From the IMG/VR virus record IMGVR_UViG_3300044701_003953, positions 62,001 through 126,000 of that record: a stretch of DNA of 64,000 nt. The stretch is one strand, 5' to 3'. Made by a program: the position numbers and the translations under genes. Below are positions 30,901 to 37,844 of this stretch, in pieces. The notes under the pieces are model-generated. The model saw only the letters and a program-made list of their open reading frames with translations, made no database searches and was not told the origin of the DNA. Positions within the stretch are counted from its first letter, which is position 1, and the number at the start of each line of letters is the position of its first letter.

Positions 30901-33126
30901 TTCAGGCCCGAACTCGAAAGAGTGATATCTGTACGATATATTGGTGACCAGGGCAACGACGAGTATCAAAATTTCGAAATAATCAAAAAAACGTCATACC
31001 AGTTTGAAAAATATCCTACGGATTTTTCAAACAACGGATCTGGTCAGTATAAAGTACTCGTTGGAGATGTGATAAAAACTCCCGACACAGATTACACTAT
31101 TGACGGAAAAATATTAACCGTTAATGCGGATATCATCGAAGAAGGCCAACAGATCAAAATCTATGTGGAGTCCGACACGATTTCAACAGTCGATCCTGAA
31201 CTGATCGAAAATTCATATTATGACGAGGAAGCAAACAAGTGGGCAGTTGATGTCAATGGACAACGCATACATCTTGATGGACTATCGTCGATAAACGTCG
31301 GGCAGCGTGTACGCGGCTCGGGAGTCAACAACTTCAATAATGTTGTCACAGTTGCAGAAATACGCGAAGACAGCAACGAAATAGTTTTAACGAGCCAAGA
31401 TAAAAACAAAATGGAATTCAAAGAAGTGATAAGAGAGAACGATAGTCTATCGTTCTCCCGAGGCCTTTTATCGGATCCCAAAACACAAATTTATTTTGAC
31501 AAAGATAAAAATGTAGCTGACCCACGCAGATACAGAATCGACGAAGAATCTAATTCATTGACTTTAGTTAACCCGTCGTTGCTCGATGACGATTTAAAAG
31601 AATTGTCATTGCCAAGTTGGATCAAAGTGGTGTTTACTTATAACGACCCGGCAATTTTAGTATCGGGTAAAAGTGCGATTGAGATCCTGTATTTTATTTC
31701 TCCCATCGAAACAGAGGAAAATTTTGACTATCGTTTATTTTCGGTCGTTCCTGGAGATCAAATCGACAATGCCATTGACAGGATCGGTTCCTATTACGTG
31801 GCGTCCGAGGGAAGCGCAGGACAAGACCCTAGTCAAATCGTTAAAGGACTCAGATATCCTGGCGTAAACGTACAAGGCCTGCCTTACGCCGAGGACGAGG
31901 AAACACAGGCCGCAGCCGATTTGATCGACACACATATTTCTAGTCGATATCAAGATACCGAACTTGGAACTCGTCCCGAAGATATCACCATTGACGGTGG
32001 AAAATATGTTGACAAGTTCAGCAGCCACGCCCCCGAAGAATTAGTGCCAGGGATAATCTTTGACAGTGTCAACATGCAAGTTTTCACTCGTCCCATCCGA
32101 CCATGGGCAGAGCCACCAATCGACGAAACGCCCTTTACTATAGTTGATCGTCAACAAACTGACTATCGACTGACAAAATACACAGTCAACGAAACCATTG
32201 GTACATTAGTCTACGACGGAAAAGTATTGGTCAATGGAAGAGATTACGAAATAATTTCCGACGGCGAAGCTATAAGATTTTTAATAAGAGAAGGAGACAA
32301 AAACGTAGATTCCTTCTTTGATCAGCCACCAGAACCGGGATCGACCTTTAGAGTGTACGGCTACGAAGTCATTGGCGATCATTACGGACACCGCTTATTC
32401 CACGGAATGGCCGAAGATCGTAATTACTATAGGATATCCGCCGAGGCATCTACAAGACTAGCACAAGACTTGGATCTATTCGACACAGAAATACATGTCG
32501 GAGACGCATCTCGCCTGTCATCGGCAACATTGAGTGATCCTGGAAAAATAGTTATCAATGGCGAAATGATCACTTATCTGCGAAATTATGCCCGCGAGTC
32601 TAAGATAGACTGGAGCAGTGAAGATAAACCGTTGGTTGTGTTAAAAGATGCGATAGTGTTATATCAAGACAAATATTATTTGGTACAAGAAGATATCAAC
32701 TCTTCAGGGGATATAATAGAATATATCAGTGCGGGGATAGTCAAAGAAATCGATATCAACACACTGGCCAGGATACGTCGCGGAACCAATGGTACCGGTG
32801 CACCGTTGAAGCATAGAATTTCAACACGGGTAGTTGATGTCAGTGACGCACAACTGTTGCCTGGCAACGCCGACGGCAATGACTGGATGAACTCCGCCGC
32901 CGAGTTTGGCTACAAGGAAGTCGGTGACTTTGACATGTTTGGGTATGATGCTTCAGATGCCGAAGGAACAGTTCCGCCAGAAACAACAGCAGAAGAGGTG
33001 TTGGCTCGCCCACTTGCTTCCCGCACCGGGGCCAAATTTGACAGTTTACAGCCTGTAAACAGCGCCGAAGTAATACCGTCGGAACAAGCTCGATTCCTGA
33101 GCAAGAGCCCCAGTTTTAGCCCTTGA
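18976..33126 (+). CDS. giant (4716 aa) multidomain baseplate/virion protein (gp7 position) with CBM-like repeats, FG-GAP propeller and GSGY repeats
   Basis: Uninterrupted 14.1-kb ORF after gp6; repeats Y..G..V.Y....Y.A......P....W; seven FG.....V.AP-type repeats; IEIQNPGSGY/IEVINPGKGY repeats. Confidence 0.8.
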   Translation: MASSKTLNFLPEIFRTDANKKFLSATVDQLISEPNFKRINGYIGRRVAPTFKPSDNYILEDDKARQNYQLEPCVVSQNSFTDKIEFFSSYRDLLQKISYYGGNVSDHNRLFENEYYTFDGCFDLDKFINFNNYYWVPEGPEAVDIFAGEVDSEGEYTVTRNIASNGLTFSGRGQEVNPTLTLARGGTYVFRLDQPGRKFWIQTEPGVNGVKSAQANISTREVVGVINNGNDQGTVTFRVPLSTAQERFTSMTLAAVSDFAVETKYVDIHNHGLREFIKTNPKGFDGYRDPIDIDGKYLIFINQDDSDVSWTNDEIFDYHPYDIVVTETVPPAIRRNLWRIQLVPSDNDYIINLVPATGILPNQKVFIRKGIDNATQEFFIDYDGFYKRVPIITANLDRLYYQDESDPSFVGEIRLVDAGNVFINVETDIVGKINYTSPNGVIFTNGLKVRFNSQVNPEKYRQREYYIEGVGKAIQLIDVSLLVNPGYFDEQLKNLDYITINRGSTDLNAWTRSNRWFHIDVLKSAAAYNKTVDLPDNQYRAKRPIIEFEPNLQLYNFGREGLGKVDYLDFYIDDAFSQVEGFGKPYDSLEHYAKDDVVLVANQVYRAKIDLQQPPDNTSNWQDYGFVYDFELTRVYTIGQLTKYQNAIYRAIGTTAENLPTNISYWTPVAYDRNSAVVFNTDTSYQIGDLVSFENKYYICTSAAQGISPAESELTWSLSDTYVDYDVAIANTILKGQYSIYQGRLYLALMNIVQPPIGNAYWEEILEIQDGKTVIFAGDQDTQIRNSIYVMTMEEIGGVEVPHLTPILESGIKQYHTVAISSGENRGKNFWYDGTSWHQGKIKTSVNQTPLFEVIDHDGISFGDTERYYNSNFVGTPIFSYKQGTGKNDTILGYPLSYRNFGNVGDIEFSNDFNNSVVTYLEGTKELTKKIDLGYLISYSDRENISLKNVWKKASEKSHQYQIISHVFDGTTNYFEIDIDPAAGEKQIPYIKVFVDNRLLKRSQFKLETIGAKKVVRIVSSALPKDSNIDILIYSETPSEIGYYEIPPNLDFNPLNQDFEYLTLGQIKNHFFKLSENTKVANETVGNYAGYRDVQYKQNGGLILQQSSPMIYSNLFLQDSVVNFVDSIDFASKEYTKFKNKFLEIAETLALTDISRVPSAVDEILKNINFSKNQSSPWYYSDMVPCGDNRREYVDTVINPLLRQFDLPTVFNDRVLSNRAVLVYVNDQQLVKDRDYYFPQDRTAVIINDSYNLNAGDIVKIVDYFNTDGCYIPETPSKLGLYPKFVPYKHRDDSYRQPIDVIQGHDGSITPAFGDLRDELLIELEKRIYNNIKVGYSENIINIHDFIPGKFRDVKYSLQEFERVLAKSFLRWAGGNRVDFSTNSTFLANDPWTWNYWKYRDSIDGEALPGTWRAIYKYFYDTVRPNTHPWEMLGFSEEPEWWQDRYGPAPYTGGNLLLWTDLSEGYIHAGPRAGYDARFARPELLKIIPVDDYGTLRSPNAFAVSNFNSKDASRSFVVGNQGPAEYAWRQSSDYAFAVQKAIALTRPAFYFGSLMNVMRYNRNIKLDQLVLTDSLKRISPTDIIINGKINDDGSVSRVSGYLNWIRDYIINLGRDPIDFIETRLKNISVQLAYQVAGYTDKNYIKVLAEQSSPTSINDSVVVPEENFYIHLSKSSPIKKLVYSAVIVEKTPNGYTVSGYDLASPYFTIIPGLANNNAYAIEVGEQRGIIYKDYQSKKITVPYGYEFTSRQQVVDFLVSYGRFLTGQGFRFVDNDNVLNARKDWILSAREFLHWSQQGWSTGNLIILSPVGSSLRVNSPTGVVDHVKNTINGSKLLDQQFSTIKSNQFSVLRGNGEFKVSTLNESMISLAELEVVQYEHAIIFDNTTVFNDIIYKPELGNRQYRLKLVGSKTGNWAGELNPPGFIYNSEYVDDWQAGRDYKKGSVIKFKEQYYTALVDIIATDEFVQSQWSQIDRSSIKTGLLPNFAFNAQKFENIYDIDNSPTDMDLLEYSAGLIGFRERSYLTDFGLDPLSQVKFYQGFIKDKGTHNSIETLASAKLNNISSEINYFEEWALRIGEYGSIESDAQIEIILDETEITNDPAVIEFLDINDTPSPAVVGIHVNDVYRKTSSYKKDIFIDRSDDTDLSNDILTAGYVHVNDVDATVFDIRDQVDFDQYLSYAGRGTKIWVAKDFDNDWNVYRVNETDNNISGARYDLDENIMFFFEKPHNLSAGEVFIVKGLDKAVDGFYKVNEIVDIFKISSTIYKNSEDIKKIRNFNGHGVFLKTKSMRVDEPTDIGRISPPYGWVAGDRVWVERNDQQERWAVYEKSQVWDYSKAIEAQSSEFLGEDQFGYAVKMNSQQDLIAVSSPFTESGNVKTFVKLISGEFKQSSTLKPTQTSDVAGFGKSLDLADYTAVVGAPDSKSGKGLVYIYNFRREENLRSPQVLVNVDSNPGDNFGHSVCISENTNWIYVSSPGAAKVFAYYKDIGIIARNQSVDLVEGVSRYDIPFVDELALGSEDFEMMQLSIGSTVLTPGIDYTVDQENYQVVVNVESFQGEEINFSVAPGYRYAFTISNEMADSKFGHVVKTNYDGSRIFVSAPNHDLTKYQRDENGDLVLDDQGNPIPDEFRRDDNKNLLLDSQGNPIPIYRRESGAMYIYQRRVESRLIKSNQILYEPSSQASDIVALRLGETLINPRTGYTINSRYQVIAISDESVVGSFQYTYGDDLEEKFAEFLTDNDISLLDIADYSYTPISNSIELSRGNESGQILRIDTKAFDLAQFITSPDQIDYNHFGHSFDIDIRSKYLYVGAPDYRDSSYSRGKVYKFIDQGQALGQLKISPAIDLSEVESIFVNQTSVSLTTQDASLETLANDINLANIPGVMAEIVGSDLIIKDISSKKSGIEVYENSGNEIPSLSVETFFLDQEILEPDENVGSFGTNIRLDRSGENLLISSTDADLQQNVDFDLSRKDFQTRFDNGTTRFINVVKGSGAAYLYQLMSNPSTGVSNAGYMIFAEKLSLKDAYTGDGFGHGTDINRDFMLVSSPKFDPVPARSEYDIKVDNLRELSFIDTSILPNGTRILVLSDLNEQGRWSMWRVSTGSLTKIFSSLLSNIGSLHLYVNPTRRKPWDISRIQQPRVDLSSINRLMIYNRNTNTIIANLDFIDPVKGKILGAAEQDIDFKTEIDPAIYTDAIDGLSVDSNLRWGEQQVGLIWWNLSKVRFLDYEQSDLQYRSANWGSMFPGSEIEVCEWVSSSVPPSQYVSRGGTGVPMYDGQAYVVDTVVDSQSGIVNPRYYFWVSGKEETFTGKKKSSAASIANIISQPTIQGIAYAGILKSNAIALFGVNPYLSGQNIVLKIDYANLPNENTVHSEFELVQENRGDSQIPGKILDKLVDSLAGVDRVGNIVPDPRLSDSERVGISYRPRQNMFVDRARALKSVLEYVNRTFKTLPMARQFNIDIFRSQDPVPTPSGYDRKVNSVEDLDYIDRKEISVGYRVLIEEDASNDGLWTVWTYNGTKFNLSRIQVYKSDLYWEFVDWQDEGFDLRSEVDFTVDYAKDIATLITSPGDLIRVRYDQEDKFGIYQVGDDGRLILKGLEKGTIRLLPDLYDLDIGGMGFDAANFDNVRYDKTPGIEIREIVGAIRNTIFVGEFKEYFNKMFFVAVNYLLSEQKHNDWIFKTSFINIVHRLRKLDQYPSFVRDNQDYYIDYINEVKPYRTQIREYLLNYNGDEIFYGNLTDFDLSPYYDRSTNQYRSPNGERPNDAVVQDRHEYRDWKENHTFIIDRIEIQNPGSGYTVVPVITVEGGGGSGAVLRARTNYDEIVSIEVINPGKGYTSTPRILINGNGTGAKAYAVLRNFSGNQSTGYNLVRSLDTHIKFDRTTYEISIPEWKPNVTPGIYSDIISYNSQVYRYNIKNIFAVPIMMSAIETATVELINSFEVTETTLTEDTAVFIVGTDGGRTRISLNVDYSIDVDTNVLTVFRPELERVISVRYIGDQGNDEYQNFEIIKKTSYQFEKYPTDFSNNGSGQYKVLVGDVIKTPDTDYTIDGKILTVNADIIEEGQQIKIYVESDTISTVDPELIENSYYDEEANKWAVDVNGQRIHLDGLSSINVGQRVRGSGVNNFNNVVTVAEIREDSNEIVLTSQDKNKMEFKEVIRENDSLSFSRGLLSDPKTQIYFDKDKNVADPRRYRIDEESNSLTLVNPSLLDDDLKELSLPSWIKVVFTYNDPAILVSGKSAIEILYFISPIETEENFDYRLFSVVPGDQIDNAIDRIGSYYVASEGSAGQDPSQIVKGLRYPGVNVQGLPYAEDEETQAAADLIDTHISSRYQDTELGTRPEDITIDGGKYVDKFSSHAPEELVPGIIFDSVNMQVFTRPIRPWAEPPIDETPFTIVDRQQTDYRLTKYTVNETIGTLVYDGKVLVNGRDYEIISDGEAIRFLIREGDKNVDSFFDQPPEPGSTFRVYGYEVIGDHYGHRLFHGMAEDRNYYRISAEASTRLAQDLDLFDTEIHVGDASRLSSATLSDPGKIVINGEMITYLRNYARESKIDWSSEDKPLVVLKDAIVLYQDKYYLVQEDINSSGDIIEYISAGIVKEIDINTLARIRRGTNGTGAPLKHRISTRVVDVSDAQLLPGNADGNDWMNSAAEFGYKEVGDFDMFGYDASDAEGTVPPETTAEEVLARPLASRTGAKFDSLQPVNSAEVIPSEQARFLSKSPSFSP
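26797..26910 (+). repeat. tandem peptide duplication inside the giant protein
   Basis: RDENGDLVLDDQGNPIP followed by RDDNKNLLLDSQGNPIP. Confidence 0.8.
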
Positions 33127-33132
33127 TAAATA
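33125..33132 (+). promoter_or_regulatory. putative late promoter (GATAAATA), near-leaderless
   Basis: Identical 8-mer to 8448 and 37811; ends 5 nt before ATG 33138. Confidence 0.55.
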
Positions 33133-33137
33133 ACACT

Positions 33138-33839
33138 ATGGAACATAATCAGCCAGAAGATGAGAAAAAAATGGATCAGATAATCGAGGAAAACAAACGC
33201 AAGCCCGACGACGTTGGTGGAGTCCACGTGCAGGGCCACATCAAAATACACGATCCCGAAACGGGAGAGATTTTCATCGATAAGCGCAATGCCATACACT
33301 ATGAAAATATCTCAGAAGCTATTGCCTATAATTTAGCCAACAAAGGTCGCGGCTTTATATATCGCATGCATTTTGGTAACGGTGGTACAACAGTCAACGA
33401 GACCGGGGTGATCACTTATAACCCTGCTAATACCAATGCACAAAACAGTAGCTTGTATAATGCGACTTACAGTAAAGTCGTCGACGACACATCGGTGGCT
33501 AACCCCGATCCATTAAGAAACAAAATGGAAGTCCGTCACACGCCCGGTACACCTTATACTGACATATTGGTCACTTGTTTATTGGATTATGGCGAACCCA
33601 ATGACCAGGCAGCATTCGACTCGACACAAGACCTTTCGGGTGCCTATGTATTTGACGAATTGGGACTAGTGGCAAAGAGTATCAATGAAACCGACGATGT
33701 TGATGGTGGTCTGGGATCCGCAGGAAAATTGTTGACGCATGTGGTTTTCCACCCGGTACAAAAATCATTGAATCGTTTGATACAAATAGATTACACCATA
33801 CGTATACAGACACTTACAAATTTAAGTTCGATAGGGTAA
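33138..33839 (+). CDS. putative baseplate/tail-collar structural protein
   Basis: GHIKIHD...NAIHYEN, FGNGG, YVFDELGL, LLTHVVFHPVQKS...IDYTIRI; between the giant protein and the fibres; ATG 33138 preferred over TTG 33123. Confidence 0.6.
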   Translation: MEHNQPEDEKKMDQIIEENKRKPDDVGGVHVQGHIKIHDPETGEIFIDKRNAIHYENISEAIAYNLANKGRGFIYRMHFGNGGTTVNETGVITYNPANTNAQNSSLYNATYSKVVDDTSVANPDPLRNKMEVRHTPGTPYTDILVTCLLDYGEPNDQAAFDSTQDLSGAYVFDELGLVAKSINETDDVDGGLGSAGKLLTHVVFHPVQKSLNRLIQIDYTIRIQTLTNLSSIG

Positions 33840-33845
33840 TAGATA

Positions 33846-36170
33846 ATGTCGTACATCCTACATAAAACCAATGGAGAAATACTAGTTGCTCTGCCCGATG
33901 GAACACTAGATACCAGCCTGGGAATAAATCTCATGGGCCGGAATTATGTGGGTTACGGTGAATTACAACAAGAAAACTTCGTCAAGATTTTAGAAAATTT
34001 CGCCGACGATACTCGCCCAGATAATCCATTGGTGGGACAGATATGGTACGATACCGGCACGCAGACGCTGAAATATTACAATGGTTCGGTTTTTAAACCT
34101 GTGCCTAGTGTCGCCACATCGTCGTCGACACCTATTGATGTCGGCGAAGGCGACGGTTGGTGGGACACAGATAATAAACAATTAAAAGTTTGGAATGGGT
34201 CAAATTGGTCAACCATTGGTCCCGTAGATTTATCCTCTTTATCGGCCATACGTATTTTAGGAAATTTTGAATTTCCGAGCCAACTTCCAGAGCAAAACAA
34301 TACCTCCGGCGATGGATACATCATTGATGGCGACTTATGGATATGGTCTCTGGGCCAGTGGACCAACGTAGGTAACATCAAAGGGCCAAGAGGAGATATC
34401 GGACCGATGGGTCCCCGAGGAGATCGAGGATTGACGGGCCCGGCTGGTATACAGGGGCCGCAAGGCCCGGTTGGCCCGCAAGGAACGCAAGGCGAAAGAG
34501 GATCTCAGGGCCCAGTGGGACCTGCAGGTCCACAAGGTCCGGAGGGCCCACAAGGCCCACAGGGTGAGCGAGGCACCAGCATTCAATTAAAAGGTGCTGT
34601 TGACACTGTCAACGATCTACCACAGCAAAACGCAGAAACTCCACCAGAGCCCGGCGATGTCTATCTTGTGATAGCAAATGGTAATGGATATGTTTGGGAC
34701 GGATCTAATTGGGTCGACGCCGGGCAACTACGTGGACCCGAAGGTCCGCAAGGCCCACAAGGTATCCAAGGTCCGGTTGGCCCGCAAGGAGCCACAGGCG
34801 CCACAGGTGCCACTGGCCCAAGAGGACTTGCTGGTGCTACTGGTGCTACTGGTGCTACTGGTGCTACGGGACCCACTGGTCCACAAGGTCCAGTTGGCCC
34901 CACGGGAGCTACCGGTACACAAGGCCCACAAGGAGTAGTGGGCCCACAAGGTCCAATCGGCGTCGGAATATCGATAGTTAACGTCAATAATGACGGTGAT
35001 CTCATTGTCACTCGCACCGATTCCACAGTAATAAATGCAGGCAACGTCATTGGTCCCGAAGGACCTCCGGGAACAACTTCCTGGGAAGATCTCATTGATA
35101 AACCCACATTTGCTGCGGTGGCTACTAGTGGAAGTTACAATGATTTGTCTGGTAAGCCCACGTCGGTCAGCAGTTTTTCTAACGATGCTAATTATATCAC
35201 TCAATCTGGTGCAAGATCCTCGATATCAGTAACAGGCGCTGCTACTTATAATAGTGCCACCGGCGTAATCGATGTAGTTGGTGGAGTCAGTAGCGTCAAT
35301 GGAAAGACCGGAAACGTAGTTGTTAACACTGATGAAGTCAACGAAGGATCGACCAATCTTTATTTTAATAATGCCCGGGCACGATCAGCATTGAGCTTTG
35401 TTGCAGGCTCTGGTGCTTATAACTCAAGCACTGGCGTGATCACTATTCCTACTAACAACAATCAACTTACCAACGGTGCAGGGTTCGTGACTTCTTCGGG
35501 CGCGAGAACATCAATCAGTGCCGGTACAGGAATTTCATACGACAATACCACCGGCGTTATTACATTGAACATATCAGCAGGAACAGGAGTCACTGTATCC
35601 TCAAACACGATATCGATAGGTCAAGCAGTGGGTACTACCAGCACACCAACATTTGCGGGTATCACCGTTCCATCTTTGTCTAAGAGCGGTACTACTGGCG
35701 TGGGAAATATTGGATCAACCACAAACAGATTTGATACCGTTTACGCGAATGTGTTTTCGGGTACTTCTACTACTGCCCAATACGCCGACGTAGCCGAACG
35801 TTTTGCTGCAGATCAAGAGTATGCACCTGGGACCGTAGTCGAATTAGGCGGCCCAGCAGAAATCACAGTTGCTACCAACGAAGGTAGCGAAGAAGTATTC
35901 GGGGTCATTTCTACACGCCCTGCGCATCTAATGAACGCCGGTGCCGGTACAGATCGCACACACCCTGCTGTAGCCATCAGTGGACGAGTTCCTGTGCGAG
36001 TAATCGGTAAAGTGAAAAAAGGACAGAGATTGATCAGCGCCGGCAACGGCCTAGCAAAGGGTGCCCAAAAAGAAGAAATCACTAGCCTCAATGTAATTGG
36101 CCGTAGCCTTGAAAACAAAGATACTGATTCAGAAGGAATCATCGAGGCGATAGTTAGACTTAATTCTTAA
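33846..36170 (+). CDS. tail fibre with collagen-like segments and C-terminal intramolecular chaperone (peptidase G2-like) domain
   Basis: Two G-X-Y runs; N-terminus shared with the next two genes (GYG...ENF...GQxWxD); C-terminal YADVAE...GVIST...GRVPVRV. Confidence 0.82.
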   Translation: MSYILHKTNGEILVALPDGTLDTSLGINLMGRNYVGYGELQQENFVKILENFADDTRPDNPLVGQIWYDTGTQTLKYYNGSVFKPVPSVATSSSTPIDVGEGDGWWDTDNKQLKVWNGSNWSTIGPVDLSSLSAIRILGNFEFPSQLPEQNNTSGDGYIIDGDLWIWSLGQWTNVGNIKGPRGDIGPMGPRGDRGLTGPAGIQGPQGPVGPQGTQGERGSQGPVGPAGPQGPEGPQGPQGERGTSIQLKGAVDTVNDLPQQNAETPPEPGDVYLVIANGNGYVWDGSNWVDAGQLRGPEGPQGPQGIQGPVGPQGATGATGATGPRGLAGATGATGATGATGPTGPQGPVGPTGATGTQGPQGVVGPQGPIGVGISIVNVNNDGDLIVTRTDSTVINAGNVIGPEGPPGTTSWEDLIDKPTFAAVATSGSYNDLSGKPTSVSSFSNDANYITQSGARSSISVTGAATYNSATGVIDVVGGVSSVNGKTGNVVVNTDEVNEGSTNLYFNNARARSALSFVAGSGAYNSSTGVITIPTNNNQLTNGAGFVTSSGARTSISAGTGISYDNTTGVITLNISAGTGVTVSSNTISIGQAVGTTSTPTFAGITVPSLSKSGTTGVGNIGSTTNRFDTVYANVFSGTSTTAQYADVAERFAADQEYAPGTVVELGGPAEITVATNEGSEEVFGVISTRPAHLMNAGAGTDRTHPAVAISGRVPVRVIGKVKKGQRLISAGNGLAKGAQKEEITSLNVIGRSLENKDTDSEGIIEAIVRLNS
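34833..34868 (+). repeat. 9-bp tandem repeat (GGTGCTACT x4, last copy imperfect) encoding (GAT)4 collagen triplets
   Basis: Read directly from the sequence. Confidence 0.9.
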
Positions 36171-36203
36171 AGGCAATCGGGAAAAAAAGAAGAGAATTAA
36201 ACC

Positions 36204-37784
36204 ATGGATATATTCAAGACTAACGGAATCAAACTGACAAGTATCGCCGACGGAACGATTGATAGTCAAGCGTCTCCTTTGAGCTTGCCAGCAAGAAATG
36301 TATCCGGGTATGGTAAAATACTAAACGAAAACCTAGTCAGGTTACTAGAAAATTTTGCAGACATTACGCCTCCTACCAATGGGTTGCTAGGACAATTATG
36401 GTTCGACGTCGACGATAATCAACTATATGTCAATACTGACCGCGGCTATCAACCACTGACTGTATCTTATAAAACATCGTCGGAGCCAGAAAATCCTGCT
36501 ATCGGAGACATCTGGTGGGATTCGGGAAAAAAACAATTAAAAGTGTTTGATGGTAACAAATGGATGGTGATTGGCCCCGATTACGAAAGTAGTTGGGGAG
36601 AGACTGGTTTATTCTCAAACATCGTTCGCGACGAGTCGGGCATAGATCATTTGATCACACGATTCAAACTTGGCGGCCAAGACCGGTTGATCATTAACAC
36701 TGATCCTGAGTTCGTTCCTTTAGAGCCCATCTCCGGATTCCCAACGATCAAGCCTGGTATCACTGTATCAAATCGCGTACCAAATTTTCTTTATAACTCC
36801 ACAGTCGAAAATAGTAATAGACTTGGGAATATTCCGGCATCGACTTATCTACGAAAAGATCAAGATTCCTTCATCGATGGAAAGTTGACATCTACGACCG
36901 TAGCCATTGGCGTCGACGGCCCTGCTGTTTTTTCTATAGTCGGCGATGACAAGGACCTAGTCATAGCAAATGAATCACTGGGTTCTTCTATCAATTTTGA
37001 TCTCTTTGTCGACGGAGATAAAACCACAGTTCTGTCATTGGATTCCTCGGGACAAGTGATATTGTCAGCTGACCCATCGAATCCTCAGTCTGCAACAAGA
37101 AAAAGTTATGTTGACGGAAAGTTCGACGAAAATAAGAATTACATCGACAGTAAGTTTAATGCCAGTGGATTACTGCCCATCGAAACCGGTGGTACAGCAG
37201 CGAACACCATCGAGGGAGCCCGAGCGAATCTTCGTGTTCCTTCAGTCAACGGAATAGGAGCTACTGGCCGATGGGACATAGATATCACCGGATCAGCTGA
37301 TGATGCGAAGAATCTCAATGGATTTGTTGAATCAACAAATCCTGTGCCCGACACTATAGCACGTAGGGACAGCTCAGGGGATCTAAAAGCCACTGAATTT
37401 ATCGGGGTAGCGACTAGTGCTCGTTATGCCGACTTAGCTGAAAAATATCTGACAGACAAAGTATACGAGTATGGAACAGTTGTCATGGTCGGAGGGGAAA
37501 AAGAAGTGACATCGTGTATTCCGGGTTCGAGAGCCATTGGTGCGATATCGGAATTTCCGGCCTACAAGATGAATAGTGAACTGACACACGGACAGTATGT
37601 GGCCCTCAAAGGGCGGTTAAAAATTAAAGTCGTAGGACCAGCGAAAAAAGGCGATATGCTAGTAGCCGATGATCACGGTGCTGCAAAATCTGTGCAAAAT
37701 AATGATGTTTTTGGGATTTTTGCTGTAGTCCTAGAAAACAACGAGGACCCTGGTACTAAATTAGTGGAGTGCTTGATACTCTAG
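36204..37784 (+). CDS. tail fibre paralogue 2 with C-terminal chaperone domain
   Basis: Shared N-terminal ENF/GQLWFD module; ATRKSYVD; C-terminal YADLAE...GR. Confidence 0.8.
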   Translation: MDIFKTNGIKLTSIADGTIDSQASPLSLPARNVSGYGKILNENLVRLLENFADITPPTNGLLGQLWFDVDDNQLYVNTDRGYQPLTVSYKTSSEPENPAIGDIWWDSGKKQLKVFDGNKWMVIGPDYESSWGETGLFSNIVRDESGIDHLITRFKLGGQDRLIINTDPEFVPLEPISGFPTIKPGITVSNRVPNFLYNSTVENSNRLGNIPASTYLRKDQDSFIDGKLTSTTVAIGVDGPAVFSIVGDDKDLVIANESLGSSINFDLFVDGDKTTVLSLDSSGQVILSADPSNPQSATRKSYVDGKFDENKNYIDSKFNASGLLPIETGGTAANTIEGARANLRVPSVNGIGATGRWDIDITGSADDAKNLNGFVESTNPVPDTIARRDSSGDLKATEFIGVATSARYADLAEKYLTDKVYEYGTVVMVGGEKEVTSCIPGSRAIGAISEFPAYKMNSELTHGQYVALKGRLKIKVVGPAKKGDMLVADDHGAAKSVQNNDVFGIFAVVLENNEDPGTKLVECLIL

Positions 37785-37810
37785 TCAATTTAAAAGCCAA
37801 TATAATACGA

Positions 37811-37818
37811 GATAAATA
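37811..37818 (+). promoter_or_regulatory. putative late promoter (GATAAATA)
   Basis: Intergenic, upstream of a GGAG Shine-Dalgarno and ATG 37845. Confidence 0.6.
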
Positions 37819-37844
37819 AACACAATATCGGAGATTTGTAGAAA

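Noticed and set aside
34335-35232. Several overlapping alternative-frame ORFs, e.g. one with WCYWCYWCY
   Set aside because: By-products of the GC-rich collagen repeats read in other frames.
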